A stretch of 64,000 nt of DNA from assembly GCA_963667015.2 (NCBI GenBank), contig CAXXJJ010000001.1:960001-1024000 (forward strand), in the 5' to 3' direction. Made by a program: the position numbers and the translations under genes. Shown here piece by piece: positions 17,127 through 27,645 of this stretch (position 1 is the stretch's first letter; each line of letters starts with the position of its first letter). The DNA comes from Desulfatiglandales bacterium (GTDB lineage: Bacteria > Desulfobacterota > DSM-4660 > Desulfatiglandales > HGW-15). Under the pieces are notes generated by a model that was not told the DNA's origin, did no database searches, and was given only the letters and a program-made list of their open reading frames with translations.

Positions 17127-18419
17127 ATGAAAGAATCTGAAATTACAGTTGCAGTTATTGGTTTAGGGTATGTCGGTCTTCCCCTTGCCCTTGCCTTCGG
17201 CTCTAAATACAACACCATAGGCTTTGATGTTAACACTGTCCGAATAGATGAACTCAAGAAAAACATCGACCGCACAGGAGAGGCAGATAAAGAACATTTT
17301 GAGGCTGCTTCAAAAATTGTCTTCACAAATGATGAAAAAGATCTCAAAGAAGCCGATTTTATTATAGTCGCAGTCCCAACGCCTATTGATAACGCCCGCC
17401 AACCTGATCTCACTCCGGTGAGGAAAGCATCTGAATGTGCAGGCAGGAATTTAAAAAAGGGTGCCATACTGGTGTTTGAGTCAACTGTTTACCCAGGTGT
17501 GACGGAAGAAGTGTGTGTTCCGATACTGGAAAAGGAATCAGGACTTTTTTGGAAAACGGACTTTCATGTCGGATATTCCCCTGAAAGAATAAATCCTGGC
17601 GACAAAGAGCATACAATCAGAAAGACAATAAAGGTCGTTTCAGGCGATGATGCTGATACACTTGAAAAGGTAAGTGACCTTTATGCCTCAATAATCGGAG
17701 CTGGTGTATACAAAGCTGCCAGCATTAAAGAAGCAGAGGCGGCCAAGGTTATAGAGAACACACAGCGTGATCTTAATATTGCCCTTATAAACGAACTGGC
17801 AATAATATTTGATAAACTCGGTATCGATACACTTAATGTGCTGGAAGCCGCAGGTTCAAAATGGAATTTTTTACCATTCAGACCTGGTCTTGTTGGGGGG
17901 CACTGTATAGGTGTTGATCCATATTATCTGACATATAAAGCAGAAATGGAAGGTTATCATCCTGAAGTAATCCTTGCAGGCAGAAGAATCAATGATAATA
18001 TGGGTCAGTTTATCGCCCAAAAAACTGTTAAGATGATGATACATGCCGGGCACAATATCAAAGGCAGCAGGGTCGGTATTTTGGGGTTAACGTTTAAGGA
18101 GGATTGCCCTGATCTGAGGAACAGCAGGGTGATAGACATCATCAATGAACTGAAGACATACAGTGTAGATGTTCTTGTACATGATCCCATGGCAGACAAG
18201 GATGAAGCAAAGAAATATTATGGTATAAATCTCACGTCATGGGAAGAGATGGCAAATCTGGATGCTGTAATATTGGCTGTAGGTCATAAATTCTATCGCA
18301 ATATTCCTACTACTGATTTAGCAGATAAAATAATCCATCGAGGATGTCTTGTAGATGTTAAATCCATTCTTAATGTTGAAGAGGTGAAAAAGACGGGGTT
18401 GAGTTATTGGAGGCTGTAG
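17127..18419 (+). CDS. UDP-N-acetylhexosamine 6-dehydrogenase (TviB/WbpO-like)
   Basis: GLGYVGLP, ESTVYPG, SPERINPG, GGHCIGVDPYYL, FKEDCPDLRNS. Confidence 0.92.
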   Translation: MKESEITVAVIGLGYVGLPLALAFGSKYNTIGFDVNTVRIDELKKNIDRTGEADKEHFEAASKIVFTNDEKDLKEADFIIVAVPTPIDNARQPDLTPVRKASECAGRNLKKGAILVFESTVYPGVTEEVCVPILEKESGLFWKTDFHVGYSPERINPGDKEHTIRKTIKVVSGDDADTLEKVSDLYASIIGAGVYKAASIKEAEAAKVIENTQRDLNIALINELAIIFDKLGIDTLNVLEAAGSKWNFLPFRPGLVGGHCIGVDPYYLTYKAEMEGYHPEVILAGRRINDNMGQFIAQKTVKMMIHAGHNIKGSRVGILGLTFKEDCPDLRNSRVIDIINELKTYSVDVLVHDPMADKDEAKKYYGINLTSWEEMANLDAVILAVGHKFYRNIPTTDLADKIIHRGCLVDVKSILNVEEVKKTGLSYWRL

Positions 18420-18446
18420 TTCAGCTAAATTGCTGCAGGATTTATA

Positions 18447-19130
18447 ATGAGCTTTAAAAAAAATATTCTTTCACTCTCAATATTTGTAAATACAATTTTT
18501 ATTACTTTTCTCATCGTGAAATTATTCAATTATTTTTCTGGGGATAACCTGGAAAATAATATTAAAGGGAGTTATTGGCAAGATAAGGTATCTCAATATG
18601 AGGTTTTAAATTCCATTGGAGGAGAAAAAATATTTTTTGTCGGCGACTCAATGGTTGATCGTTATAATGTAGAAGAGTTCTTTCCTCGTAAAAATATCTT
18701 TAATAGAGGAAATGCGTGGGATGATACGTATACACTCCTTTCAAGAATTGATAATACAGTATTAAATGGAAATCCTAAGAAAATCATTTTGTTTATCGGT
18801 GGCAATGATATTCTGTATGGGGTTGATAAATCTATTTCTCTTAATAATTTGAAAGAGTTATGTGAACGTATTATAAGTAAAAAAGTAGAACTTATTGTAA
18901 TCTCCATCCTTCCTGTTTGGAAAGAAAACAAAAGGAGTAATAAAGATATAGTAAACTTCAATGCTTTGTTAAGAGAACTATGTAAAAAAAACAAAATTGA
19001 ATTTTTGGACATATTTTCTAAGTTTCTCAGTTCTGATAATGAGTTGAGGCGAGAGTTATCAAGTGATGGAGTGCACCTTAATGGTAAAGGGTATGAATTG
19101 TTTACTAAAGAAATTGCTGAATTTCTCTAG
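18447..19130 (+). CDS. SGNH/GDSL hydrolase
   Basis: FVGDS, GGND, DGVH. Confidence 0.88.
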   Translation: MSFKKNILSLSIFVNTIFITFLIVKLFNYFSGDNLENNIKGSYWQDKVSQYEVLNSIGGEKIFFVGDSMVDRYNVEEFFPRKNIFNRGNAWDDTYTLLSRIDNTVLNGNPKKIILFIGGNDILYGVDKSISLNNLKELCERIISKKVELIVISILPVWKENKRSNKDIVNFNALLRELCKKNKIEFLDIFSKFLSSDNELRRELSSDGVHLNGKGYELFTKEIAEFL

Positions 19131-19180
19131 ATTCCATATATCCCTATTTCTGCAGTCAGTTATAATAAAATACTCATTGT

Positions 19181-20275
19181 ATGCTGAATTCATTTTTTCA
19201 AAACTACCAGGAAGATAAAATAAATTTCGATAATATCGAAATATTAAACATTATTCTCATTTTAACACTTTTTTCTATTACTGTTTTAACGATTAGGAAG
19301 AGGGATAAATGGCGACCACTGGATGTTCTTTCAACTGATCAGTTGAGAGGCATTGCTATTCTGATGGTTTTACAGGGTCATCTTTGGGTTCATGTAGCTA
19401 AAGAAAAAGCGTCACTTATTTTGAGTTATGAGGGTGTTGCTCTATTTTTGTTTATTTCAGGATTTGGTATTGCTAAATCTCTACAAAAGGATCTTAGTCT
19501 AAAAAATTATGTCATTAAAAGAGTCAACCGTGTGATGATACCTTATTGGATTGCTACAGTGATGATTCTGTTTTTTGATTATTTTCTTATAAATAAAACA
19601 TATAGTGTAACTCATATCATGCTCTCATTAATCGGAATTAATATATACGATGTATTGCATGAATTTGATTATGTAAGATGGTTTATAACATTTTTACTGT
19701 TATGGTATTTAGTTACTTATTCTTTATTTTATATAAAAAAGAAATCAGTTGTTATCATACTAATTTTTGTTATCGGGCAGCTTGCTTTACTTCTTGATTA
19801 CTATGTGCTGCATTTTGGATGGTATCAATATTTGGCATTTCCTGCGGGTGTTTATTTTGCACTTAATGAATCAAAAATCGAAAAAATATTCCGCATAAGA
19901 AAAACAGCCTTTCAATATTTAGAAATATCAATAGTTGCTTTTTGTATTTGTTACAAAATATATTTTGCAGATACACTTTTATTTCATCTCCCATCAATAA
20001 TTATATTTTTCTTAAATGATGTAGTTAGTGTTGTGATGATATTGGCTATACTTCTTCTTATTTGTAAAATAAAAAACTATTATAGCCAGTTTCTTTTATT
20101 ACTTGGGAAACATTCATACTGGATATTTCTTTTACATGGTGTTTTTCTTGTAAAATATAATCCTGTCTTAAAATTAGGTTCTGTCTACTGGACGTTTCCG
20201 GTTTTAATTATATTGATCCTTTTTATGGCTTGGATAATGGATAATACTCTAAGTAAGATAAAGATACCAATGTAG
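19181..20275 (+). CDS. Acyltransferase family 3 membrane O-acyltransferase
   Basis: LRGIAILMVLQGH, LFLFISGFG, multi-TM, LGKHSYWIFLLH. Confidence 0.85.
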   Translation: MLNSFFQNYQEDKINFDNIEILNIILILTLFSITVLTIRKRDKWRPLDVLSTDQLRGIAILMVLQGHLWVHVAKEKASLILSYEGVALFLFISGFGIAKSLQKDLSLKNYVIKRVNRVMIPYWIATVMILFFDYFLINKTYSVTHIMLSLIGINIYDVLHEFDYVRWFITFLLLWYLVTYSLFYIKKKSVVIILIFVIGQLALLLDYYVLHFGWYQYLAFPAGVYFALNESKIEKIFRIRKTAFQYLEISIVAFCICYKIYFADTLLFHLPSIIIFFLNDVVSVVMILAILLLICKIKNYYSQFLLLLGKHSYWIFLLHGVFLVKYNPVLKLGSVYWTFPVLIILILFMAWIMDNTLSKIKIPM

Positions 20276-20429
20276 TGATATAAAACCCTTCGATAGCAAT
20301 ATAATAGATAAAAATTATTTTTATATGTTCTTATTTATTTCATTAAAGCTGTCCTATCCAATAAAAATATATCATTTGTAAAAATTAAATTGGTAGATAT
20401 CTAGTGGTAAAGTCGAATGGGGGACATTT

Positions 20430-21263
20430 ATGAAATCAAATCAAAAAAGAATTTTATTACTTTTAGCTGCTTTAGTTTTTTTTTCATGTAGTGGAGGGGA
20501 GATGGAAAACACGCAAAACACTTTTAAAAAAATATCAGATGTTCCAGATGAATATTTAAATGCTCTCTCTCGAAAACAGATTTTTTTTGGGCACCAATCT
20601 GTTGGTTATAATATTGTAGAGGGAATTGAAAATGTCATGGAAAATAAAACAAGGATTAAGCTTAATGTTTCACAGGACAAGAGGATAGAAAATATTTCAG
20701 AAGGAGCTTTTTTACATTCAGAAGTTGGACAGAATAAAAACCCAATGTCTAAGATTGACGCTTTTGAAAAAATATTGGATTCCGGTTTAGGTAAAAAAGT
20801 CGATATAGCTTTTCTTAAATTTTGCTATGTTGATATATCTGCTGATACTGATATTAAAGAAGTTCTCAAGATGTATAGTGAGAGTATAGATCGTCTTGAA
20901 AAAAGATACCCCGAAATCACCTTCGTTCATTTCACTGTGCCACTGACAGCAATTCCTTCTGGTTTTAAAGTATGGGTAAAAAAAATTCTTGGTAAGGCCG
21001 ATTCCAAAGATCTTGAAGCAAATATTAAAAGAAATGAATACAATTCTTTATTGTTGGAAAAATATAAAGGAAAAGATCCAGTTTTTGATCTGGCTGGAAT
21101 TGAATCTACTAATCAAAACGGTTCTAGACAAACATTCATAAAAGATAACAATACTTACTTCTCTCTTGTTCCGGAGTACACATATGATGGTGGACATTTT
21201 AATGAAACAGGTAAAAAAGTAGTTGGCGAGCAACTACTTATATTTCTTGCTAACATTGATTAA
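20430..21263 (+). CDS. Putative lipoprotein, SGNH-like
   Basis: Lipobox-like FFSC; FGHQSVG and DGGH motifs. Confidence 0.6.
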   Translation: MKSNQKRILLLLAALVFFSCSGGEMENTQNTFKKISDVPDEYLNALSRKQIFFGHQSVGYNIVEGIENVMENKTRIKLNVSQDKRIENISEGAFLHSEVGQNKNPMSKIDAFEKILDSGLGKKVDIAFLKFCYVDISADTDIKEVLKMYSESIDRLEKRYPEITFVHFTVPLTAIPSGFKVWVKKILGKADSKDLEANIKRNEYNSLLLEKYKGKDPVFDLAGIESTNQNGSRQTFIKDNNTYFSLVPEYTYDGGHFNETGKKVVGEQLLIFLANID

Positions 21264-21270
21264 TAATACC

Positions 21271-22161
21271 ATGAACACAGTAGATAGATTATATAGTGAG
21301 CAACTGTTTTTTTTCGAAAAGATGAACTCTGATAAAAAGCTTTTTGGTGTGAAATATCTCCCCTTCAAACCAGGACCTATTGCATTCTTAATGCTACAGC
21401 CCATTGGAACAGAGCGCAATGTAATAGATGCTTTACAGATCAATCTTGCGAGAAGCCTAGCTGCAAATGGGATATCAGTATTGCGCTTCGATTATTATGG
21501 GACTGGAGACAGCGACGGATCATTCGATGAGATCGATCTGGAAACACTAATGTCTGACATCGATTCAGCTATTAATCAGGTTACTAATATACAAGGTGCA
21601 GCAAGGCTCGGATTGTTTGGTCTCAGGTTTGGTGGTTTACTTTCAGCCTATTATGCCGAGCAGCATCCCAAAAATGTGGAGTACCTTATATTATGTGCAC
21701 CTGTTGTTGACGCATTTAGATTTATTAATCAGGAATTGAGGCAGTCTATATCAACTCAGTCAGTTTTATTCCAAAAGGTCATTTTAAATAGAGATCAGAT
21801 TTTACAGAAAATAAATAATAATGAATCAACTGTAATTAATGGATATGACATGGCAAATCTGAATGGTTTCCCGCTAAGCCATGGTTTCATGAATTCATTA
21901 AAGGATATAAATCTTACTGCAAATCAAACAGCATATAGAAATAATCTTTGTATTATTGATATTGATAAAAGAGTTAGGGCAAAGTCGAAAGATATCTCAT
22001 TACTGGAAGATAAATATAAAGCTTGTAAAGCTTTAAAATATTATGGCCTTGTTGAGAAAACGATCCCATGGATTCATGGTGATTATTTAATGAAAATATG
22101 TGAACAGCTTAATAATAAAGTGCAGGAGTGGGTAAAAGAAGTAAGTGGAAAAGATATGTGA
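21271..22161 (+). CDS. Alpha/beta hydrolase (exosortase-associated hydrolase 2-like)
   Basis: RFDYYGTGDSDG, GLRFGG. Confidence 0.78.
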   Translation: MNTVDRLYSEQLFFFEKMNSDKKLFGVKYLPFKPGPIAFLMLQPIGTERNVIDALQINLARSLAANGISVLRFDYYGTGDSDGSFDEIDLETLMSDIDSAINQVTNIQGAARLGLFGLRFGGLLSAYYAEQHPKNVEYLILCAPVVDAFRFINQELRQSISTQSVLFQKVILNRDQILQKINNNESTVINGYDMANLNGFPLSHGFMNSLKDINLTANQTAYRNNLCIIDIDKRVRAKSKDISLLEDKYKACKALKYYGLVEKTIPWIHGDYLMKICEQLNNKVQEWVKEVSGKDM

Positions 22162-23056
22162 GTTTAAAAATCGTGATGGGCTAAAACTGGTCGGAATACT
22201 TCATTCTCCTGAAGATAATGCGCAAGACTATGGTTTTCTCTTTATTCATTCCGGTGTTCAGGGCAGGCATGGAAACACAAATCAATATGTTTTTTATGCC
22301 AGGGAATTTTGCAAAATGGGGTTTCCCTGTTTTAGGTTCGAACCATATGGAATGGGAGACAGCGAGGGAATCATTGAACCCATGCCCATGAGAGACTACT
22401 ATGGTTCAATACAGACAGGGCGATATGTTAATGATACCCTTGATGCAATTGAATATTTCAACTCCACCGGTGTTAAAAAGATAATTTTATTTGGTCTCTG
22501 CGGTGGATCTATAACTGCCCTTTTAAGCGCACCCTTTTCAGATAAAATATCTTCGCTGATATTATTAAGCATCCCGGTCGTTCTTGATAGTGATAAAACA
22601 GACTATGACCTAAGAATACCAAAAGAATTAGCCAGCAAGCAACTAATAATATATTTAAAAAAGGTATTTAACCCTAAATATATAATACGGTTATTAATGC
22701 TTAAGTCTGATTATAAAAGAATATTCTCCTATTTAAAGGCATTTTTTAAGAAATCAAATGATAGTAAAGATTCGACTACACAAATTAACTGCGGAGTAGT
22801 AAATTCTTACTTTTTTGACTCCTATCAGGCATGCCGTAATCGAGTTCATACTTTCTGGATATTTGGCGACAATGATAGCTTTTGGTTTGATTTTAAAAGG
22901 GAATTTTTTGAGAAAAAATTGATGGATCCGCATGACAGTCTGCTCGTAATAAAAGATGCAAATCATATGTTTACCCTTATTGAATGGCAGAAAAAGATTG
23001 TTTTAGAAATCAAAAAATGGCTGGTAAATGAAAAAATCTATAATGCTGACAGTTGA
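22145..23056 (+). CDS. Alpha/beta hydrolase (exosortase-associated hydrolase 1-like)
   Basis: LVGILH, GMGDSEG, GLCGG, DANHMF. Confidence 0.78.
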   Translation: MEKICEFKNRDGLKLVGILHSPEDNAQDYGFLFIHSGVQGRHGNTNQYVFYAREFCKMGFPCFRFEPYGMGDSEGIIEPMPMRDYYGSIQTGRYVNDTLDAIEYFNSTGVKKIILFGLCGGSITALLSAPFSDKISSLILLSIPVVLDSDKTDYDLRIPKELASKQLIIYLKKVFNPKYIIRLLMLKSDYKRIFSYLKAFFKKSNDSKDSTTQINCGVVNSYFFDSYQACRNRVHTFWIFGDNDSFWFDFKREFFEKKLMDPHDSLLVIKDANHMFTLIEWQKKIVLEIKKWLVNEKIYNADS

Positions 23057-23927
23057 TGTTGAAGATTGGTTCCAAGTCGAAAACTTTAAAAATTATATTC
23101 CTTTTTCTTCTTGGGATTCACTGGAATCCAGAGTTGAAAAAAATACTCAAAATATATTGAATTTTTTTGAGTTATGGAAGAATTGTGAAAATAAAGAATT
23201 AAACGTTAAAGCTACTTTTTTTGTTCTTGGCTGGATTGCTGAAAGGTATCCTCAATTAATACGAAAAATCCATGAAGCAGGTCATGAAGTTGCTTCCCAC
23301 GGTTATAATCATAATCTTTGCAGCAAAGAGTCAAGGGAAGAATTTAGATCTGATGTCACTGAAGCCAAAAAACGACTGGAGGACATTATAGGCGTAAGGA
23401 TTTATGGATATCGTGCCCCGAGTTTTTCTATTAGTGATGAGTATATTCAAATATTAAAAGAATGTGAATATGGTTATGATTCGAGCTTCAATTCATTTAG
23501 TTTAAATAGCCGACATGGCAGACTCAGTGTGCTGGACAATAAAAGAGCTGGAATAGCGATAAATTTAGATAATGATTTCTATGAACTCCCAATAAGTAAT
23601 TTGAAATTATGGAACAGGGCTTTTCCTCTGGGAGGAGGAGGCTATTTTAGAATTTTGCCGGCATGGCTGTTCTGTAAAGGAGTAAAAAAAATTTTAAATG
23701 CCGAAAATGCATACCTTTTTTATTTTCATCCCTGGGAAATAGATCCGGAACAACCAAGAGTAAAGGAAGCTTCATTTTTTTATAAATTTCGACATTATAT
23801 AAATCTTCAAAAAACTATTAGAAAATTATCGTTGTTAATAATAAGCAATTTTAAAAGTAATTTTATTACATGCAATCAATACCTTTCTCAATGTTTTGTT
23901 GATGATCCAAATTCTTCCATTAATTAA
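23028..23927 (+). CDS. Polysaccharide deacetylase (XrtA-system/DUF3473 type)
   Basis: TVDVEDWF, ATFFVLG, HEVASHGYNH, RAPSFS, GGGYFR, YFHPWEID. Confidence 0.92.
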   Translation: MKKSIMLTVDVEDWFQVENFKNYIPFSSWDSLESRVEKNTQNILNFFELWKNCENKELNVKATFFVLGWIAERYPQLIRKIHEAGHEVASHGYNHNLCSKESREEFRSDVTEAKKRLEDIIGVRIYGYRAPSFSISDEYIQILKECEYGYDSSFNSFSLNSRHGRLSVLDNKRAGIAINLDNDFYELPISNLKLWNRAFPLGGGGYFRILPAWLFCKGVKKILNAENAYLFYFHPWEIDPEQPRVKEASFFYKFRHYINLQKTIRKLSLLIISNFKSNFITCNQYLSQCFVDDPNSSIN

Positions 23928-23976
23928 GCCTTTCGTTTTGACGACATAACTTATTCCGTAAAAAGGAAATAGAAAT

Positions 23977-25110
23977 ATGGAAATATTTTTCTGGGTTCTC
24001 ATATTTTTTATTATAGCGACATATCCGGGCTATATAACGGTTCTAGTCCTATTAAATAAAATTATAGGAAAAGATATAGTACAAAAAGATATAGAGCCAT
24101 CCGTATCATTAATAATAGCGGCTTATAATGAGGAAAGTGTAATCAAGGATAAGATTATAAATAGCCTTGAACTTGATTATCCTAAAGAAAAATTGGAAAT
24201 AATTATAGTCTCTGATTGTTCATCAGATAAGACAGATGAGATAGTAAAGGGATATGAGTCCGAGAGATTAAAATTTATTGGGCTTGAAAAACGAGGAGGT
24301 AAGACTGCCGCTCAGAATGAAAGCCTTAAATATGTCAAGGGTGAGATATTAGTCTTCTCAGATGCTGATATAATGTACAGTAAAAATGCTATCAGAAAAT
24401 TAGTCCAAAATTTCTACGAGCCTTCTATTGGATGTGTAGGGGGTAAATTGAGATATGGAAGTGATAGAACAATTGAAGGCGTTAAGGAGAAAAGGATGTA
24501 CTCATCTTTTGACCAGTACATTAAATACCTTGAGTCAAGAATAAAGTCATGTATTGGTGTGGATGGGGCAATTTATGCTGTCCGCAAAACTCTGGCGCGC
24601 CCTTTTCCAGAGTGGCTTACATCTGATTTTTTAACGCCATTGGATGTTATTTCTCAAGGGTATAGAGTCGTGTTCGAGGATGAAGCATTAACGTTTGCTG
24701 AAATTGCATCATCTGCAAAAGCTGAGTTCCAAAGAAAGATTAGAACCGTAAAGGTGGGAATAACAGTTTTATATGCAAAGAGGGAACTGCTGAACCTGTT
24801 TCGGTATCCATGGGCATCATTCTTTTTGCTCTTTCATAAAGTGTTCAGATGGATCATCCCTTATATAATGATTTTATTATTCTTAGATAGTATCGTTGTG
24901 TTTGAATCAGGATTTTTATACCAACTAATTTTTTATTTGCAATTGATGTTTTATTCATTTGCGATTATCGGCATTTTTTTTAGGAAAAGAAAGCCGGTGA
25001 AAATATTTACAGTTCCATTTTATTTTTGTTTGTATAATTCCTGCGCTATTATTGGTTTTTTTAAGTTCTTATTTGCTAAAAAATCGGAGATTTGGGAAAT
25101 CAATCGATGA
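23977..25110 (+). CDS. Glycosyltransferase family 2
   Basis: IIAAYNEE, DCSSD, FSDAD, C-terminal TMs. Confidence 0.9.
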   Translation: MEIFFWVLIFFIIATYPGYITVLVLLNKIIGKDIVQKDIEPSVSLIIAAYNEESVIKDKIINSLELDYPKEKLEIIIVSDCSSDKTDEIVKGYESERLKFIGLEKRGGKTAAQNESLKYVKGEILVFSDADIMYSKNAIRKLVQNFYEPSIGCVGGKLRYGSDRTIEGVKEKRMYSSFDQYIKYLESRIKSCIGVDGAIYAVRKTLARPFPEWLTSDFLTPLDVISQGYRVVFEDEALTFAEIASSAKAEFQRKIRTVKVGITVLYAKRELLNLFRYPWASFFLLFHKVFRWIIPYIMILLFLDSIVVFESGFLYQLIFYLQLMFYSFAIIGIFFRKRKPVKIFTVPFYFCLYNSCAIIGFFKFLFAKKSEIWEINR

Positions 25111-25180
25111 TGCCAGTCTGTTAATTATAGAATGGTTTTAAAATATTAAAATAAAAGTGGATTATTGAAGAAGGTTAATT

Positions 25181-26353
25181 ATGAAAATACTAAGTGTTCT
25201 TGTCCTGTGCGGTGAAGAAAATCCGGCTTTACCTGTTCTGAAGTCGCTAGGACAATATGGGGTTAAACTGACCGTAGCATCCCACATTAAATATGCCCCG
25301 GGGCTTTTTTCACGTTATACAGCTAGGAGGTTATTAAGTCCTGATCCATGGAGATCAGAGAATCAATATATTGAATGGGTTGTTAGAACCGTTAGTGATG
25401 ACCATTATGATATGATAATTCCTTTGGGAGAAAAGGCATCACTGTGGGTTGCAAAAAATAAAAAGAGAGTCTCTAAGTATACTGAAGTTCCATTTCCAGC
25501 CCCAGAAATCTATATGACTGCCAGGGATAAAGGTCTCACAATGAAGGCTGCTTCTTCATTAAATATTCCGATACCTAAAACCTATTTTCCAGAAGAAGAA
25601 CCATTATCGGATATTTGTAATCGAATACTCTATCCCACTGTCCTAAAACCAAGAATAAGTTATGGGGCCAGAGGTATTTATTTCCCCAATAATCCTGAAG
25701 AATTATATCATTACTATTCAATGGCAACTGAGAAATACGGCCCTTGTATTATTCAGGAGTATATACCTCAAACCGGAATGCAATATAAAGCCGAGGCAGT
25801 GCTGGATTCCAAATGTAAAGTCATAGCTGTTGGTGTTTATGATAAGCCAAGATACTATCCTGTCTCTGGCGGCTCAAGTACATTAAATAGAACTGTATAC
25901 AGGCCAGATATATGTGAAGTGGCAAAGGACTTACTTGAAGGGATAAACTGGTATGGTATGGGTGATTGTGATTTTATTGAAGACCCCAGAGATGGATCAA
26001 TCAAGCTGATGGAAATAAATCCGCGTTTTACTCGCAGTATCCGGATTTTAGTGGAAGCTGGATTAGACTTCCCTGCTTTACTTCTAAAGGCTGCTTTAAA
26101 TGAAAAAATGGATATTATTAATGAGTATAAAATTGGACTAAATATGAGGTATTTACTCCCGGATTTGATGTGGTTTATAAAATCTGCGGATAGGTATAGA
26201 TATTTTCCCGGGTTTTTTAATTTTTTTGACAGATCTACAATTTTTGAGATGCTTTCCTTCCATGATATAAAACCCAGCCTTTTTTATCTCTTATCTCAAT
26301 TGTTAAAATTGGTTGACAGCGGTAGTAGAAACAGACTTTTAAGTAGATCTTAA
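25181..26353 (+). CDS. ATP-grasp domain protein
   Basis: YPTVLKP, IIQEYIP, LMEINPRF. Confidence 0.87.
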   Translation: MKILSVLVLCGEENPALPVLKSLGQYGVKLTVASHIKYAPGLFSRYTARRLLSPDPWRSENQYIEWVVRTVSDDHYDMIIPLGEKASLWVAKNKKRVSKYTEVPFPAPEIYMTARDKGLTMKAASSLNIPIPKTYFPEEEPLSDICNRILYPTVLKPRISYGARGIYFPNNPEELYHYYSMATEKYGPCIIQEYIPQTGMQYKAEAVLDSKCKVIAVGVYDKPRYYPVSGGSSTLNRTVYRPDICEVAKDLLEGINWYGMGDCDFIEDPRDGSIKLMEINPRFTRSIRILVEAGLDFPALLLKAALNEKMDIINEYKIGLNMRYLLPDLMWFIKSADRYRYFPGFFNFFDRSTIFEMLSFHDIKPSLFYLLSQLLKLVDSGSRNRLLSRS

Positions 26354-26379
26354 TTTAATTATGAGGTTTTACCTTTAAA

Positions 26380-27627
26380 ATGAATTGGTTAGCTCCAGTT
26401 TATATATATGAGTCAAATTTGATTGTGGAATTTTTACTCCCATTATTCCTTTTTATTTCTATTCGAAAACCCATTTATTTTTCATCTTTAATTGCCGCTA
26501 TAGCTTTTTTAAGGCCTAATGAACGATTTGATTTATTTGTTCCATACTCATACTATATATTTGTTCTTAGTTTCTTGGTGTTAATATTTAATATAAAAGA
26601 GGTACGTAATTACAAGATTGAATGGGATGATAAGATAATAATATTATTTGTTTTATGGATAATTCTTGAAACAATAGCTTTTCATCCGTCGAATTTTAAT
26701 CACAATGCTACCTATTGTCTCATGAATATCTTCAAGTACTTTATTCTTTGTGTTTTCTTATCAAATAAAAAAGGTGTAATTATTTTATGCTACTTTTTAG
26801 CTATAAGTTGTTTCCTCATTTGCTTTGAAGCCTATTTTTATCATTTTACAGAGCCTGAAAATAGTCCATTATGGCAAATTTTTCACGGTGTCACAGGGCG
26901 TATCAGGGCCTGGGGCCTATGGGGGAATGCTAATGAGACCTCTTTTATAGCCTGTATCGGCGTCGCGAGTCTGCTATTGCTCCTGTTAATGGCTGATAAA
27001 AAGGGCCTTCCTGTATTGATGTCGATATTTTTTATTCCTGTCCACGCAATCGTAGTTTTTTTAACAGCTTCCAGAACAGGTCTTGGTTGCTTTATTATCC
27101 TGTTTCTGTTCCTTGGGTTACGGGTCAAATCTAAAGCTGTGAAGGTATTTGCAGTGGTCATTATGATCGGCATCATCATTGTAGCACCAAAGCTTACGCC
27201 AGAAAGAGAAGATAAAGATGCTTCTTCAAGAGAGAGGGCCTCATTGAGAAGTGATGCTATATATCTATTCAAGATGAATCCTCTTTTTGGAGTTGGTTTT
27301 TTAAGAGCGCAAAATGAGACGGGAGGTATGGCTATACACAACACCTATTTACAGGCATTTGCAGAAACAGGTATTGTTGGTGGTGGTCTGCTAATGTTTT
27401 ATTTGTTTTCATTTTTTAAGAAATTTTATAAGTTATTCAAACTTAAAACAAATGATAAAGGAATAAGCAATATAAACGGTGCACTCACTGGTATTTTTAT
27501 ATGTGGATTACTCTATTTTTTATTTGGTAATCAACTGTTAAGCACTATGTTTATAACCTTTTTTGCATTGATTAAAACGACATTGCACCATTTATTAAAT
27601 GCCTCAGTTACTGAAGAAATGGTTTGA
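26380..27627 (+). CDS. O-antigen polymerase/ligase (Wzy/WaaL-like)
   Basis: Multi-TM; GNAN, LTASRTG, NPLFGVG, HNTYLQAFAETGIVG. Confidence 0.87.
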   Translation: MNWLAPVYIYESNLIVEFLLPLFLFISIRKPIYFSSLIAAIAFLRPNERFDLFVPYSYYIFVLSFLVLIFNIKEVRNYKIEWDDKIIILFVLWIILETIAFHPSNFNHNATYCLMNIFKYFILCVFLSNKKGVIILCYFLAISCFLICFEAYFYHFTEPENSPLWQIFHGVTGRIRAWGLWGNANETSFIACIGVASLLLLLLMADKKGLPVLMSIFFIPVHAIVVFLTASRTGLGCFIILFLFLGLRVKSKAVKVFAVVIMIGIIIVAPKLTPEREDKDASSRERASLRSDAIYLFKMNPLFGVGFLRAQNETGGMAIHNTYLQAFAETGIVGGGLLMFYLFSFFKKFYKLFKLKTNDKGISNINGALTGIFICGLLYFLFGNQLLSTMFITFFALIKTTLHHLLNASVTEEMV

Positions 27628-27645
27628 TGATCTCATAGAAAGATA